A stretch of 61,058 nt of DNA, counting the filler, from Porpidia crustulata (Eukaryota), in the NCBI GenBank assembly GCA_964255105.1. It is 7 parts of 7 records of this genome, joined end to end, with 100 filler letters (N's around TTAATTAATTAA, not from the genome) between each part and the next. Parts side by side here need not be neighbours in the genome. Positions count along the whole stretch, not along the records: positions 34,999 to 43,620 come from CAXUWE010001082.1; positions 43,721 to 52,341 come from CAXUWE010001083.1; 5 more parts are not named here. One strand, 5' to 3'. The stretch's first letter is position 1, and the number at the start of each line of letters is the position of its first letter. Positions 40,145 to 52,441 of this stretch are shown piece after piece. The position numbers and the translations under genes are program-made. The notes under the pieces are model-generated. The model was not told the DNA's origin, ran no database searches, and was given only the letters and a program-made list of their open reading frames with translations.

Positions 40145-42499
40145 ATGACAGGATCTTTCGAGAAGTCTGTCAAGGGCGGCACAAAGATAAAGGTGCCAAT
40201 GCTTGGAAGTCATTGAGCGATAAATCCGCTGATTTTATGGTGATAGCTTGCAGCACCGAAGTCAAAATACGTCGAGCACATTCTTGTCGCAACACATGCT
40301 GGAGAAGCTGGAGTCGCGGAAATGTTTAGAGCCTTACAGAATAGGCTACGGGATTCAACATGGACTATTGTCTTCAAAGCACTCATCATAGTGCATCTCA
40401 TGATACGAGAGGGAGAGCCAAACGTGACTCTCAAGTTCCTGGCTGAGTCGCCATCCAAATTGGCAATCAGCAACTTCTCTGATGGTGAGTCCGGGCCAAG
40501 TCTATCATAAGCGTGATGGGATCAGGAAGCATGGGTAGGACAGAAAGGTGTCCATTGCTAAGGGTTCGTTGAAATCAAGCCTTTGCTGACGGATCGTGCT
40601 TTGATAGTACAGGTCCAAGGCAGCAATATTCGGCACTACTATGCATATTTGTTAGGAAGAGCAAAAGCATACCGAGATACAAGAATCGACTGGGTCAGAG
40701 AGGGCCAGGGTAGGCTGAAGAGGCAGACCGTGGATAAGGGTCTACTACGAGAGACGGAGACTGTACAAAGCCAAATAGCGGCTTTACTCAAATGCGATGT
40801 ATGTTACAACTACAGTCATGAAAAAGTTTTCGCACGTAAGCTGCTGATTCTACTGTAGCTTCTCAGCAATGAGCCGGATAATGAAATTACTCTGACGGCA
40901 TTCCGTCTACTGACTATGGACCTCTTGACGCTATTTCATAGCATGAATGAGGGCACGATAAATGTGTTAGGTGCGTATGTACACTTGTGGCAGTAAGCAT
41001 ACTTGGCTGATCAATCGTTCCTAGAGCACTATTTTGAGATGTCAAAATATGATGCAGAGCGTGCTTTGTTGATATACAAGACATTTAGTAAACAGACAAA
41101 CCAGGTAGTTGAATACCTCAGTACGGCCAGACAGTATGAACATGCGACCCGCTTAGACATACCAAAGCTCAAGCACGCCCCTACAAGCTTGACTGGATCA
41201 TTGGAAGAGTATCTCAACGACCCGGACTTCGAGATCAACAGACGACAATACCTTGCTCAACAAGAAGGTAAAAAGGGCAACAAGCCGATGCGAAATGGAG
41301 CGACAGGTTCCTCAGATGACTTCGCCAAGCTTGGATTTAGTAAGACCTCTGCTGCCCAGAAGTTTCCAGAGCCAAAAGATTCGGCGGTGGCGCCTACTAT
41401 AGCTCCAGTCAAACAAGTACCTAAAGCACCAGCACCAGATCTAATCGATTTCTTTGAATCTATCGAGCAGAATCCTCAATCCATGACTGGACAAGTCTCA
41501 AGTATTCAGAATGCGCCCCAGTACAGTGATCATGGAGCGCAATCACAACAGCCAAATATCTTCGCCCAGAATGGGCAACCACAACAGCAGATCGCTAGTA
41601 CATTTCCTAATGGAATCCATCCGGGCCAGATACAAGCACAACAGCCTGTATCGACAAATCAGATTGACTCTGGCTTCAGCAATTACGCTCAACAAGCCTT
41701 TAATCCACAAAACTCAATCATGTCACCAACTGATGTCAATGGATTTACTCAACAGCAGCAGCCTTTCGGTAAAGGGCAGCAGCTCCAGCAGCAGCAGCAG
41801 CACAGTTTTACTAACGTCCAACAATCTCAGCCCCAACAGTTATTTAACCCGGGCCAACAACCATTCACCACAGCGCACCAACCTCAACATCAGTCGCCAT
41901 TCAGTACAGGATTACAATCCCAAGCGACGAACCCATTCAAGAAATCAATGATGCCCCAAGATACAAGTCCTAATGGTACATTCATAAATTCGCCGTCGCT
42001 GCCATCTCCACAAACCCGTCAGTCTACTAATCCATTTGCACGCAGTACATCTGCTCAGCCTACGGCTGAACTTCAAGGTTCAACCTTTCCAATGCAATTA
42101 TCGAACTCGGGCTCCACATTCGCTGCACCATCGCTTAACCAGGGCTCTCCATTCATGTCTCAACCACCTCAGGGCACGCCCTTCAATTCAACTCCGCCTC
42201 AGCAGCAACAACAGCAGTCACAAGTCGCCCAAGCCCTACAGCCTATGAAGACGGGCACCAATCCATTCGCTCGGAACATAATACCACCCCAGCCGCAACC
42301 TCCAATTGCCTCACCACTGGTGCCAAATGCTACAGGGAGCACTAACCCTTTTCGACAAAGCCAATTTGTGAACCAACAGGCTGGCCAAGGCTGGCAGAGT
42401 CATCAGGGTTCCATGGGAGGCTTGGAGCAACTACCTACGATACCGGTCTTTCCCCGTCCCGGACAACAAGTCCAGCCAGCACAGCAAGGCTGGCCGTAA
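40145..42499 (+). CDS. YAP1801: ANTH/AP180 clathrin-assembly adaptor (Yap1801/2-like), 5 exons
   Basis: MTGSFEKSVKGGTKIK|LAAPKSKYVEHIL, RLRDSTWTIVFKALIIVHLMIREG, NEGTINVLEHYFEMSKYDA and LEEYLNDPDFEINRRQYL. DLIDFF motif and a Gln-rich tail with four TNPF motifs. Confidence 0.92.
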
Positions 42500-42785
42500 T
42501 TATTGATGCTTGTTCAGCGTATGGCATTGCGGTGGTGTTTTGGCGTTCGTCATCATTTAGGGCCTTAGGCGTCAACACTGCTCCAGGAAGCTCTTTTGAG
42601 CACCTTACAAATGCTTTTCACCGCCGAAGCTCTCTTGCATAGAGCTTATGTATATGTTCGAGCCGCCTTGAAGGCTGGCCAGCTCTGAAGCTGTCAGTTC
42701 TTCTACAACTACTCAGACCCTAATCCCTCCGAACGCCGGTGTCCTGCCTCGTGGAAACCCCTTTACTTTACCAAAACCCTGCTTA

Positions 42786-43620
42786 TCAGAATCCGAAAAA
42801 GCCCGCAATGGTATCCCCAATCGTCGCTTTCCCATCTGCCCTTCTTTTCTTCCGATGCTTGTCCTGATCTTCGTAAATCTCCCCAATCTGCCTTCCTAGC
42901 ACCTCCGTTGCCTGTGCCTCCACAGCCACGGCGTGCTCTTCCAACTGCCTCTCCTCTGGCGTCATGCCCTTCAACCTCTCATTTAACGCTGCCCTAGCTT
43001 CGGGCTTGAGCCTGTCCTTGCCGTCCGTTGGAGGTAGAGAATCATTTGATCTAGGCGAAGCCGAGGCCGCGGTAGAGACAATTGGTGGGAAAGAGGGGAT
43101 GGGGAGGTTTGCAGCCTTGGCGGCCTCGATCTCTTTTTCTTGTGACAGCATACGGTGAAACAGTGAATCGGCGTGCATTTGTATATCTTCATCCACCGAC
43201 GGCGGCCGGTCGTAGGTGGAGAGGTACCCGAGCGCTTTGAGGAACCTTGACTGCATCATGTAGCACCGCTCAAACTGCTTATTCTCTGCCCGGCACATCG
43301 TAAGCCGCTTCTCCCATCCCCCGTGTGTGAAGCAGTCGCTCACGGCGCCCTGCTCCAACGCGCAATTCTCGAGGGCGGCCCGCGCAATGTCGGCTTTCCG
43401 TTGCTTGTAGCCTTCGAGGACGTCGAGGAGTCTGTCTTGGTCGGTCTTTGTGGCGTTTTCTATTTCCTGAAGGGGACGGTAGGTTTTCCAGAGGTGGGCG
43501 TAGCGGCCGTCGGAGAAGAGGGATTGAGGGGGGACGGTAGGAGTGTTAGGGTCGGAGCTCGATGGAGTTGCCGATGTTTGACGAGGAGTGGAAGGCGGTT
43601 GTGGCAGAGGGGGGGGGTGC
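42786..43620 (-). CDS. Conserved fungal protein with twin CX9C motif (5' lost at contig end)
   Basis: RAALENCALEQGAVSDCFTHGGWEKRLTMCRAENKQFERCYMMQSRFLKALGYLS...IQMHAD. Ends with GKATIGDTIAGFFGF*. Confidence 0.75.
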
Positions 43621-43720
43621 NNNNNNNNNNNNNNNNNNNNNNNNNNNNNNNNNNNNNNNNNNNNTTAATTAATTAANNNNNNNNNNNNNNNNNNNNNNNN
43701 NNNNNNNNNNNNNNNNNNNN
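43621..43720. other. Artificial contig-joining spacer
   Basis: N44-TTAATTAATTAA-N44. Confidence 0.97.
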
Positions 43721-43741
43721 CCTATAAATAAATTACAAAAC

Positions 43742-45040
43742 CTATTGAGCATGCAGGCTGTTATATCCGGTCTCAATTAAGCTTCGGGGCCCCTTGGCAT
43801 CAGCAGTCCCAGTCCAGTAGAACAAGCCTCCAAGCCTTGACTGCTTTGCAAACCTTGCCTTCATCTGGACAGTTTGAGGGTTGTCGTACGTAACAAAGCC
43901 TCCATCGCCTCCGAGACAATAGGCAGCTCCGACACGATCATCAATATGTTCTGCAGCTCCGGGTCGAGGTAGGTCTTTGTATTCAAAAGTTCCTTCTTCG
44001 CCTGCATGTCCAGTATAGCGGTCACCGACCATAGAGGCCCCGAGAAAGGAGCGTCCATAGGCAGGTATACCAAGTAAGATCTTCTTTGAGGGTACACCTT
44101 GCGAAAGTAGGTAGTCGATGGAAGACTGTCCGGAAATCCTCGCAGCGTCGTCATGAGGATTCTCCGGGGTATAAAGCTGAGCTTGATATTCGGCAGTCTT
44201 TGTCCATGGCCCAGCAAAGTCATACGCCATCAAGTTGATAAGGTCAAGATGAGTTGATGCTAGCCTGATATCGATGTTCTTCAAAGCCCATGTGCCAGCT
44301 GGTAATGCTGAGGTCAAAATATAATCCGGTGACGGCAGGGCTGCCCGAAGAACTCCTAGTAGTTCGATATAGTTAGCGCCCTGCTGCGGATCAGACGGGT
44401 GTTCCCAATCAACTATCCAATTAGTACCAATAATCTTTATATCTAGTAGTACACCTTACTATCAATGCCGTTAAGCCCGTAGGTATCCACCATTTTTCTG
44501 GCGTTGCGGGCAAACGCAAGCCTTGCATTCGGATCGTTGGCCACCCCTGGGAAAACTGCACTGCCTGCTCCACCGCCTATTGATATAATCACTTTGAGGA
44601 GCGGATATTGGCGTTTGAGAAGGTTGAAAGCGCTCAAGCAACCCAATGTACCGTCTACTTCCATTTGGGCATCTGCGTATTCGTCACTAAGCTATTTTAT
44701 GTTAGCCTGAAATTTCTGTCATGGTGGACAGGAACTCGCACGCTTATGTTTCCTCCTGGTGTCAAGCTGTGGGTTATGTCAGATCCAAGACGAATGGTTC
44801 AGGCTAAGGCGTATCTCACCTTGCAAAGGCGTAGAAAACGTGGGAAATGTATGCTAAATTCAATGATGATGGGGGCTGCTGACGATATACACGCCAATTG
44901 GGATAGTATACTGCATTCGCAAACGGTATAGTCGCCTGACTGCCGATTTGTTCCTTCGCTGGCAGTAGGTCGTCCTTACGTTTGAACGGATTTAGTGGAT
45001 GGGTACGCCAATTCGGCATTGGAGGGAGAGAGGAAGACAT
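43742..45040 (-). CDS. GH18 chitinase (fungal group A), no signal peptide, 4 exons
   Basis: YYPNWRVY, SHVFYAFA, KVIISIGG, LNGIDIDWEHP (split by an intron), INLMAYDFAG, LLGIPAYGRSF and LGGLFYW. 25-nt exon at 44742-44766. Confidence 0.92.
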
Positions 45041-45835
45041 GCTGGCAATGGAATTCTAATGGTCCTTCCCTTATGCGAGGGTTGATTATCAATTGCGGAT
45101 TGAGAAAGCTCTTCAAGAGGGTTCAGGGAGCGATAGCGTCGGAGAATGAATTTAGATTGGTAGAAGCCATTGATTCGGAAGCGAATGAATCAAGTCACAC
45201 TATGCGCTTCCAGGTTCTTCCCATGCATGACCAAAGCCACAGAAATTCGGGGGCTTCGTGAATAGGAGAGAGGTATCTATGCGTGCAAACTAAGATGGAG
45301 TCTCACGCGGAGCATCACAGAAAGAAAATACCTTGCAATCTTGCTTTACACTTTGTAGATAAGGAACATAAGAATTGGGAGCGAATTTTAAATATGGAGA
45401 AGAGTGTCTTTGAGGAAGTGAAGCTTCCCCATGGATAATCTCACTGGCAGGTTGAACAAAAGAGACCGTCTGGGGACTTCTCGGACACTAGATACGGCTC
45501 TTCCCGCATGAATTCACGGATCAGGAAGCAATCGAAGAAAGGTGAACTGTGAACTGTGAACAACAGTTTCCGTTCAGACCGTTTGATACATGTACAATAG
45601 TAGGAGCGTCTTTCTCGAGATTGTACTATGTAAACTAATTAAATTATACATGAGAGAGGCCGAGGGGACGGGGGCTATCAGATGCAGCACTAGCGTGATA
45701 GTGGCGTGGCTTTGGATGGAATAAATGGGACCGATTATCAATCCGAGTGAGCAACCTGACCAAGAACATCGTCGACAAACACTTCCGCTCGAAGTCAAAA
45801 CTACCCAGCGCAGCGGTTCTCTCTGTCGTCGAAGC

Positions 45836-46585
45836 ATGGCTACCTCGACGGAGAGCGTTATGGTACTGCCAACTGCGCCAAAGCAACAGAGTTTCGTTGC
45901 TTATAATCCAGCGCCAGCCTACGATTTCGCCTTCAAAGATTTCCTAAGGAAAGAGTACCAATTCGGCCTCAATGTAAACCAACCGTATTGCAAAGCTTTC
46001 CGCGAAGGCCACTGTCCCCTAGGTAAAGCTCGTTGTCCCGACAAACACCCCATTACGCTCTCCCACAGCAATCTAATATGCAAGCATTGGCTGCGGGGCC
46101 TCTGCAAGAAGGGAGAGAGCTGCGATTTCTCCCATGAATACAACCTGCGCAAAATGCCAGAGTGCATCAATTATACCCGCACCCTTTTCTGCCCTAATGG
46201 CGACGAGTGCGTCTACCTGCACATCGACCCTGCCTCGAAGCTACCCCCTTGCCCACATTATGACAAGGGGTTTTGTCCTCTAGGACCTGTGTGCAGCAAG
46301 AAGCACGTTCGCAAGATGCTTTGCCCGTTTTATCTCGCTGGCTTCTGTCCGTATGGGCCCAGTTGTGTGAAGGGCGTGCATCCTCGCTGGAAAGAGGATT
46401 TGCCGAAGCCGACGGTGAAGATTGAGAAGACGCCGGAGGAATTAGAGAGAGAAAGAAACAGGATACAGGAAGAGGGAGAGCGTGAGGATGAAAGGGAACG
46501 AGAGAGAAGGGACGTGAATCGGAGAGATGGGAGGGGAAGAGGGGGAAAGAGGGGATATGGACAAGGGAGACGGGGACGATATTGA
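45836..46585 (+). CDS. YTH1: mRNA 3'-end processing CCCH zinc-finger protein Yth1/CPSF30
   Basis: Five CCCH fingers including [30 protein letters not shown] and [23 protein letters not shown]-rich tail. Intronless. Confidence 0.95.
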   Translation: MATSTESVMVLPTAPKQQSFVAYNPAPAYDFAFKDFLRKEYQFGLNVNQPYCKAFREGHCPLGKARCPDKHPITLSHSNLICKHWLRGLCKKGESCDFSHEYNLRKMPECINYTRTLFCPNGDECVYLHIDPASKLPPCPHYDKGFCPLGPVCSKKHVRKMLCPFYLAGFCPYGPSCVKGVHPRWKEDLPKPTVKIEKTPEELERERNRIQEEGEREDERERERRDVNRRDGRGRGGKRGYGQGRRGRY

Positions 46586-47477
46586 TTACATGAAACGACA
46601 GAAGGGAAATCTCATGCCAGGTGCCGTCCGCGACGGAACCTGTATCCATAGGTTGTGCATCCGGTTCGAGCGAATGCCTGCTAGAGTTTGGAATATCACC
46701 ATTGGCCAATCATCATTCTAATCCGGCTGGTTTCCTATTTAGGTAATCGAGTGCGCTCGACGCAAATGAGCATTCTGTGGCTCAATTATTTAAGTTGGCC
46801 GCTTCGAAGCTTCAGAATTGAAGCATTGGAAGCATCCAAGATCACCAGAGACACGAGAGTCATTCCCGGAAATGATGTTACTACTTCTTGTACTTTGCCA
46901 AGCACTAAGAAGAACCGAAGAGATTATCATAAAGTTACCTCCCCATCCATCGATACCGGTTCCGTGATACTTCTCTTTTCGGCATCTCTGGCACCTCGTC
47001 TACAGGGACACAACTGATAGTCGTCGTAAAACTTGATAAGTCTGTTACATCTTCAAGCATGACTACAAAGCATATCTGTCTTACAGAACAGGCCTACTCA
47101 GATCTTTCCGTGCTGGATGCAATACATTATACTTATTGACTAAGACAGCCCGCCGAAACAGAGTGTCACTTTCCTTATGACTGAGAGTATGAAAACGTTG
47201 CACCGAGATTCGCCAAAAAGGACGGCCAACGAAGGACGGTTAGAGAAAGACGGCCAGGAAAGGACGACCAGAAATTACCCAAAAGGGCAATCAACGATAC
47301 ATCTATGGGTGAAGAGCTATAAGTAGGCAGTGCCCGTGCTTCTCTCTTCCAGCTACCTACTATCCGAATCATCCCATTAAATCTCCGTCTTCGAAGCGTT
47401 ATTCGAACCCCATCATTCGCAACCATCCTACCGATCTCTTCGAACTCAACGTCCTTTACTACTAGCACGATTCGACA

Positions 47478-47687
47478 ATGAATAATATAATCAACGCATT
47501 CCTCTCCACAACCTTCTACCTTTTGGCATCGCGCGATACGGTCGAGGCCGCCATCACCGTAACAGCTTCAGCTTCTAGGATGCCTATCCTGTACTTTGCC
47601 TCAGCGGTTGCTCTGGCCATCGCCATCCTGGTGCTTGGATTGTTGGGAGGAATTTGGGTCGCTACTTGCCGAAATTCGACATCCTAA
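47478..47687 (+). CDS. Putative small single-pass membrane protein (69 aa)
   Basis: ATG in ACAATGA context; TATAA at 47318. One long hydrophobic stretch ILYFASAVALAIAILVLGLLGGIWVA. Confidence 0.35.
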   Translation: MNNIINAFLSTTFYLLASRDTVEAAITVTASASRMPILYFASAVALAIAILVLGLLGGIWVATCRNSTS

Positions 47688-47732
47688 GGATTGCAACAAC
47701 GCTACTGGCCATCCAACAGCGTGGAACTTATC

Positions 47733-47782
47733 AGGGACATCTAAGGGACATCTAAGGGACATCTAAGGGACATCTAAGGGAC
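47733..47782. repeat. Perfect 11-bp tandem repeat (AGGGACATCTA) x4.5
   Basis: Four identical units plus AGGGAC, with no spacers. Confidence 0.95.
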
Positions 47783-49664
47783 GAGGAACGTGTAATGGGA
47801 GGAGGTGCTGGGGATATGGTCAAAAGGTTCATGGACGCTCGACAAGCACACGCTCTACAATAATTCAAAATCATAAGGCTTAGCTCTTCAACCCAATGCA
47901 AGGGGCGCGTGATCGTGCATATTTCCAAATCCGGCGTTGTATCTGCATATTTTCACGCTAACCACATCGAAGCCAACTTCCGCATCAAGCCAAATCACCA
48001 CAGTAGTGAAACATCGTGATCCTACCTCCGCATTGCCTCATCAGCTAAAGTGCCTAACTAACTTCTCTGTGATCCTGACGTGATGCCCAAGTCAAGGATA
48101 TAAGGAGAGAAGGAGAGAAGGGCCTTATGCAGAAGTGCGGGAGCTATGGGTGACGGACGGTAAAACCGTTGAAACCGCGTTGATGGATCATTTGATTGGA
48201 TGATATCCATCACTGATCGCCACTGAGACTGGGCTTAGCCCCGTTCCCTTCTTCAGGTGCATCGACGTCCATCATCCAGTCCTTTTCCAAAAGCAAATTA
48301 TTTCCAAGACATAACTCGCCGGATGAGCGATCAAGGTTTCTTGACTTTTACGTGGTTACAAGGGCGTGAATGCTGAGCTTGGCTATGTGGTTTTGGAGGA
48401 GTTAGAGATGACGTTCCTGTACAGCACACAGCGAAAATTCATGTAGGCGGAAGGGTGACCACTGTCGCTCTGATAGTCTTTCCGTATTCCAGGTACCGTA
48501 TGTCAATATAATCTGCTACTTCTACGATCTTCAAGATACAAAGCGGCTTCATCGTGTCTTGCGATAGGGTAAATTGGTTGCAAATTTATTATATGATACG
48601 TCCGATTCTCTCTTCTTCAAGACGCTGTAGTACATCTCAATATCGGCTTTTCGTAAGGTAAGCCGCAGCCCTCGAGTAGTCATAAGCCATACTCGTAGGG
48701 CGTGATCAGCCACAATTCATGCTGAGCGACAGCGTTTAATTCAAAAAGGTCCTAAAGTTGCTACATGGGTGCATGATAAACGCCCAATACAGAACAACGT
48801 TTCTTCATGCATAATGCCGGACCGCAACATCACTTGTGACTTCCTCTTGTTCATGACTACGGCTTCTTTTTCCAACGACTTTGGATGGGACTGATTTATT
48901 ACGCCATGAGATCCGTCACTCTGCATCTTTCATCCCATGGACTTTAGCAGTGTCCACAAAGATCGCTTTTGTTAGTCTACAAGTGGTTTCATCGCTGCAC
49001 TCGAAGATCAATAATAACTTTCATTTAAAAGCATCGCCTGCCTAGCAAAAGCATTTTCGGTAGCGTTTGCTATCATCTTTCGCAGTGCAATAACGTTGAC
49101 GCAAGAACTCCAATACTTTCAGCATAGGTGTTCTCTGGAGATTGGCCAAACTAAGGTAGTCTTGAACAATTTCTGCCTGATTCAGTCGTGCGGCCGCCAT
49201 GACGAGATGCTGCTCTACGACTCAACTCTAGGACACCTGGCTTCCACTTAATAGGTCTACTCCTAGCTCAAGTGGGCATCCCCTCGACAATTGGCGAACG
49301 TCTTATACAGCCAAAGCGCATCGCGCGTTTCACAGGAAATGAAGAAAGTTGTAAATTAGGACGTCGAAGGCAGCAGCTTTCTGTATGGAAGGAGATCGGC
49401 TTGTATTGAGCTATACGGTAAGATTCGAATTTGCCTCCACATCTGATTAATTTTACGTCTTAGCTCGCAATTTTCAATACACTAACTGACTTTGACTCGT
49501 ATTTACCAAGAGCAGCAGAACATCCTTCGGGCTCGGGTTTTACCTATTCCCCGCGTACAGCGCAAATGATATTGAGGCAGAGCCCGCCGCCATGATTGTG
49601 TCGCAAAGGCATATTAGAACAGTGAAGGCCCAGGTGCTTCCAAACTATGTGACTGTTGCCGCCA

Positions 49665-50918
49665 ATGTCGAACCTCGACATTCTCATCTCTGGTTCCGGG
49701 ATCGCGGGTAGTGTCTTCGCATTCTGGCTGCTCCGCGCCTATCCCAATGCCAACATTACTATAGTTGAGCGCGATCCCTCCCTCCGCTTGACTGGTGCCA
49801 GCGTCGACATACGCAGCTCAGCGGTGGACATAATTAAATGGATGGGCGCAGAACAGGAGATCCGCAATCAAACCACAAAGGAAGAGGGCATACAATTCGT
49901 AGAAGCAAATGGCAAGATTGTGGCAACACTTGGAGCGACCGGCAGATCAGACATTCAGAGCATCACATCCGAGTTCGAGATCTTCCGCGGGGCACTTGCG
50001 AAGATCTTCATCGATCCAATCATAGAGCGGGTGAAACTTATCTTTGACGAGTCTGCTGACCACTTTGAGGAACGCGACGACGGCGTGGCCGTCACGTTTG
50101 CAAAGAGCAAGGAAGTGAAGACATATGATCTCATCGTGGCTGCAGATGGCCTTGGCTCGAAGATTCGCGGCATGATGCTAAACACCAAACCGCAGGAGCA
50201 ATTCTACGACGAGGGCGTTCACGCAGCATATTTTACCATCAAGAGCGACCTGCTGCAGGGCGGCCGCCTGGCAAAATGGCACAATGCGACGGGTGGACGC
50301 GTTGTCTTCCTGCGCCCCGACCCCAATCCTGCTGGTCGCACGAGGGGTCACCTTATAAATGTGACCCCGAGTGGAGATATTGAAAGGAAGCAGAGACTCG
50401 ACACAGCTCTTCGCGAGGGCAACGAAAGCTACATGAAGCTCATGGAAGAGATGTTCCGCGACGTAGGCTGGACGGCACCAGAGGTGCTGCAAAGCATGCG
50501 CGAAAGCGACGACTTCTACTGCTCCCCGTTCGGGCAGATCAGATCACCCAAAATCCACGATGGCCGCATGGTCCTGCTTGGCGACGCCGGGTACGCGACA
50601 CCCGGCTTCGGCACCAGTCTCGCAATCATTGGCGGTTACGTCCTTGCTGGAGAGCTGTTGAATCATCCCGGCGATGTCCAAACGGCCTTGAAGCGGTACG
50701 AAGAGATCATGCTGCCGTTTGCAAAGAGTTCGCAGGGCGGGGATAAGGCGATGCAGATACTTAATCCGCAGACGCAGTGGGGCATTTGGATCAGGAATGC
50801 GATTTTGGGTTTCGTGACAAGGATAAAGCTGGATAGGTTCGCGATCGCTGTAGCCTCGGCGCTGGGCTTCACGGAGACGAAAGTCTCCGTGCCTGATTAT
50901 CCGTGGCCGGCCAAATGA
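49665..50918 (+). CDS. FAD-dependent monooxygenase (class A / UbiH-like), intronless
   Basis: ILISGSGIAG (Rossmann), IVER, DLIVAADGLGSKIR and RMVLLGDAGYATPGFGTSLAI. Confidence 0.92.
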   Translation: MSNLDILISGSGIAGSVFAFWLLRAYPNANITIVERDPSLRLTGASVDIRSSAVDIIKWMGAEQEIRNQTTKEEGIQFVEANGKIVATLGATGRSDIQSITSEFEIFRGALAKIFIDPIIERVKLIFDESADHFEERDDGVAVTFAKSKEVKTYDLIVAADGLGSKIRGMMLNTKPQEQFYDEGVHAAYFTIKSDLLQGGRLAKWHNATGGRVVFLRPDPNPAGRTRGHLINVTPSGDIERKQRLDTALREGNESYMKLMEEMFRDVGWTAPEVLQSMRESDDFYCSPFGQIRSPKIHDGRMVLLGDAGYATPGFGTSLAIIGGYVLAGELLNHPGDVQTALKRYEEIMLPFAKSSQGGDKAMQILNPQTQWGIWIRNAILGFVTRIKLDRFAIAVASALGFTETKVSVPDYPWPAK

Positions 50919-51611
50919 AGATGACATCCCTACCTACTCAAAAAGCAACATGCCTTTCTCCACTCTTGGAATTGGAGTATGAGGCGTCAATCGGGGCTGC
51001 CATCGACAAGGTGTCCAGGCTTAAAACCGATTTCGAGCACTACTGTACCATTTTCAGTTTTACTAGAACCAACTCTCAGTAACGACTCGCCACATTGAGC
51101 CGAATAAAGGAACAACGCCTCGTACACCTGTCATAATAGCTGTTCCCCAAAACTATATAATATCAAAGTTCACGGGATATCATCAAAGCATTATTGTAAC
51201 AGTGCGATAACCAACTATATGCCAACGTCAATTGAGCAAGAACCCCAGGCAAAAGTGCCATTAATATATCCCCGTCCTAGATTTCCGCTAAAACAAATAT
51301 ACAGACTGCAGGAAAGAAGCAGTGGAAATGGATTATAAGACGTAGAAGGTTTGAAGATCATTTTTTGTCGAGATGTTAAATTTTTTTATATCAGAAAAAG
51401 ACGGGGGTCACCATTCTGTCTGCGGAGTCTATCGCTGTCTGATAGGACGAAGTGACCACATGATATTTAGCTCACGCTAATCCAAATCCGGCGATCGGGA
51501 CCCGTCCACAATGGTCTAGCTATTTGCAGTACTCGTCAAGTGAGCGGCGAAAGAACCCCAAACCCCAATCCCCGAACTACCTTCCCAAGACTCCAGCCTA
51601 ACCCAAAAACA

Positions 51612-52341
51612 TCAAGCATAAACCCTCTCAAAACTTTCATCGGAATCATCCTCCGCCCTCGGCTCCACGACCTCCTCGATCCGACTCGTCGCATCACTTG
51701 CTCCTTTCTTGACACCCACGCCTAACATCCACCCCACGACCCCACCGGGGACCCATCTTCCCACGAAATCGTACATCCAGCTTCCACTACCCACAAATAC
51801 TGTACCCCCCCTTCCCTTGCCGCGGACAATGGCGTCGAAGACGCTGTTGTGTAGTTCCCGCAACGGACTGCCCTTGACCTTTTCCTGATCTCCCGCCGTC
51901 CGTGTAAAGTAGTCTTGCCCGTAACGCGCCTTTGTGGTGGCGTCCCCACTCCGGACTTCTTCTTCGGCTTCGCTGCCTGGTGGGCGGATTCTGGCGATTT
52001 GCTGCCGGCCTCCTGGCGCAGAACTGTAATCAAAGGTGCCAAGCTTAAACTGTACAATGTTGACGCCTAAATCCTTCACCTCCTTGCGTAGTGTAGATAT
52101 GTAGTTCTGCAGTGCGCCCGCGACGACACTTTCTGGGGCGTGAGATGGCGGGGTAAGTGAAGGGGTGATAGTAGGTATTAAGAGAAGGAGAGAGGATTTT
52201 TGGGCGGTAATTAAAGGAAGAAAGGCTTGGAGCGTGGTAAAGGGAGCAAGGAGGTGGGTATTCAAGGTGTCGGACCAAGTGGAGGCGGTGAGAGCAGCAA
52301 TTGGGAATATTGGGTACGTCGAGGTGGGGCCTGTGCTGAAC
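51612..52341 (-). CDS. DUF1776-family (SDR-like) fungal protein, 3' part
   Basis: YPIFPIAALTASTWSDTLNTHLLAPFTTLQAFLP, HAPESVVAGAL, KGSPLRELHNSVFDAI and VGSGSWMYDFVGRWVPGGVVGWML. Confidence 0.75.
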
Positions 52342-52441
52342 NNNNNNNNNNNNNNNNNNNNNNNNNNNNNNNNNNNNNNNNNNNNTTAATTAATTAANNN
52401 NNNNNNNNNNNNNNNNNNNNNNNNNNNNNNNNNNNNNNNNN
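52342..52441. other. Artificial contig-joining spacer
   Basis: N44-TTAATTAATTAA-N44. Confidence 0.97.

Noticed and set aside
47733..47782. Tandem repeat as a CRISPR array or telomere
   Set aside because: No spacers, eukaryotic context, 11-bp unit is not TTAGGG, and the position is internal.
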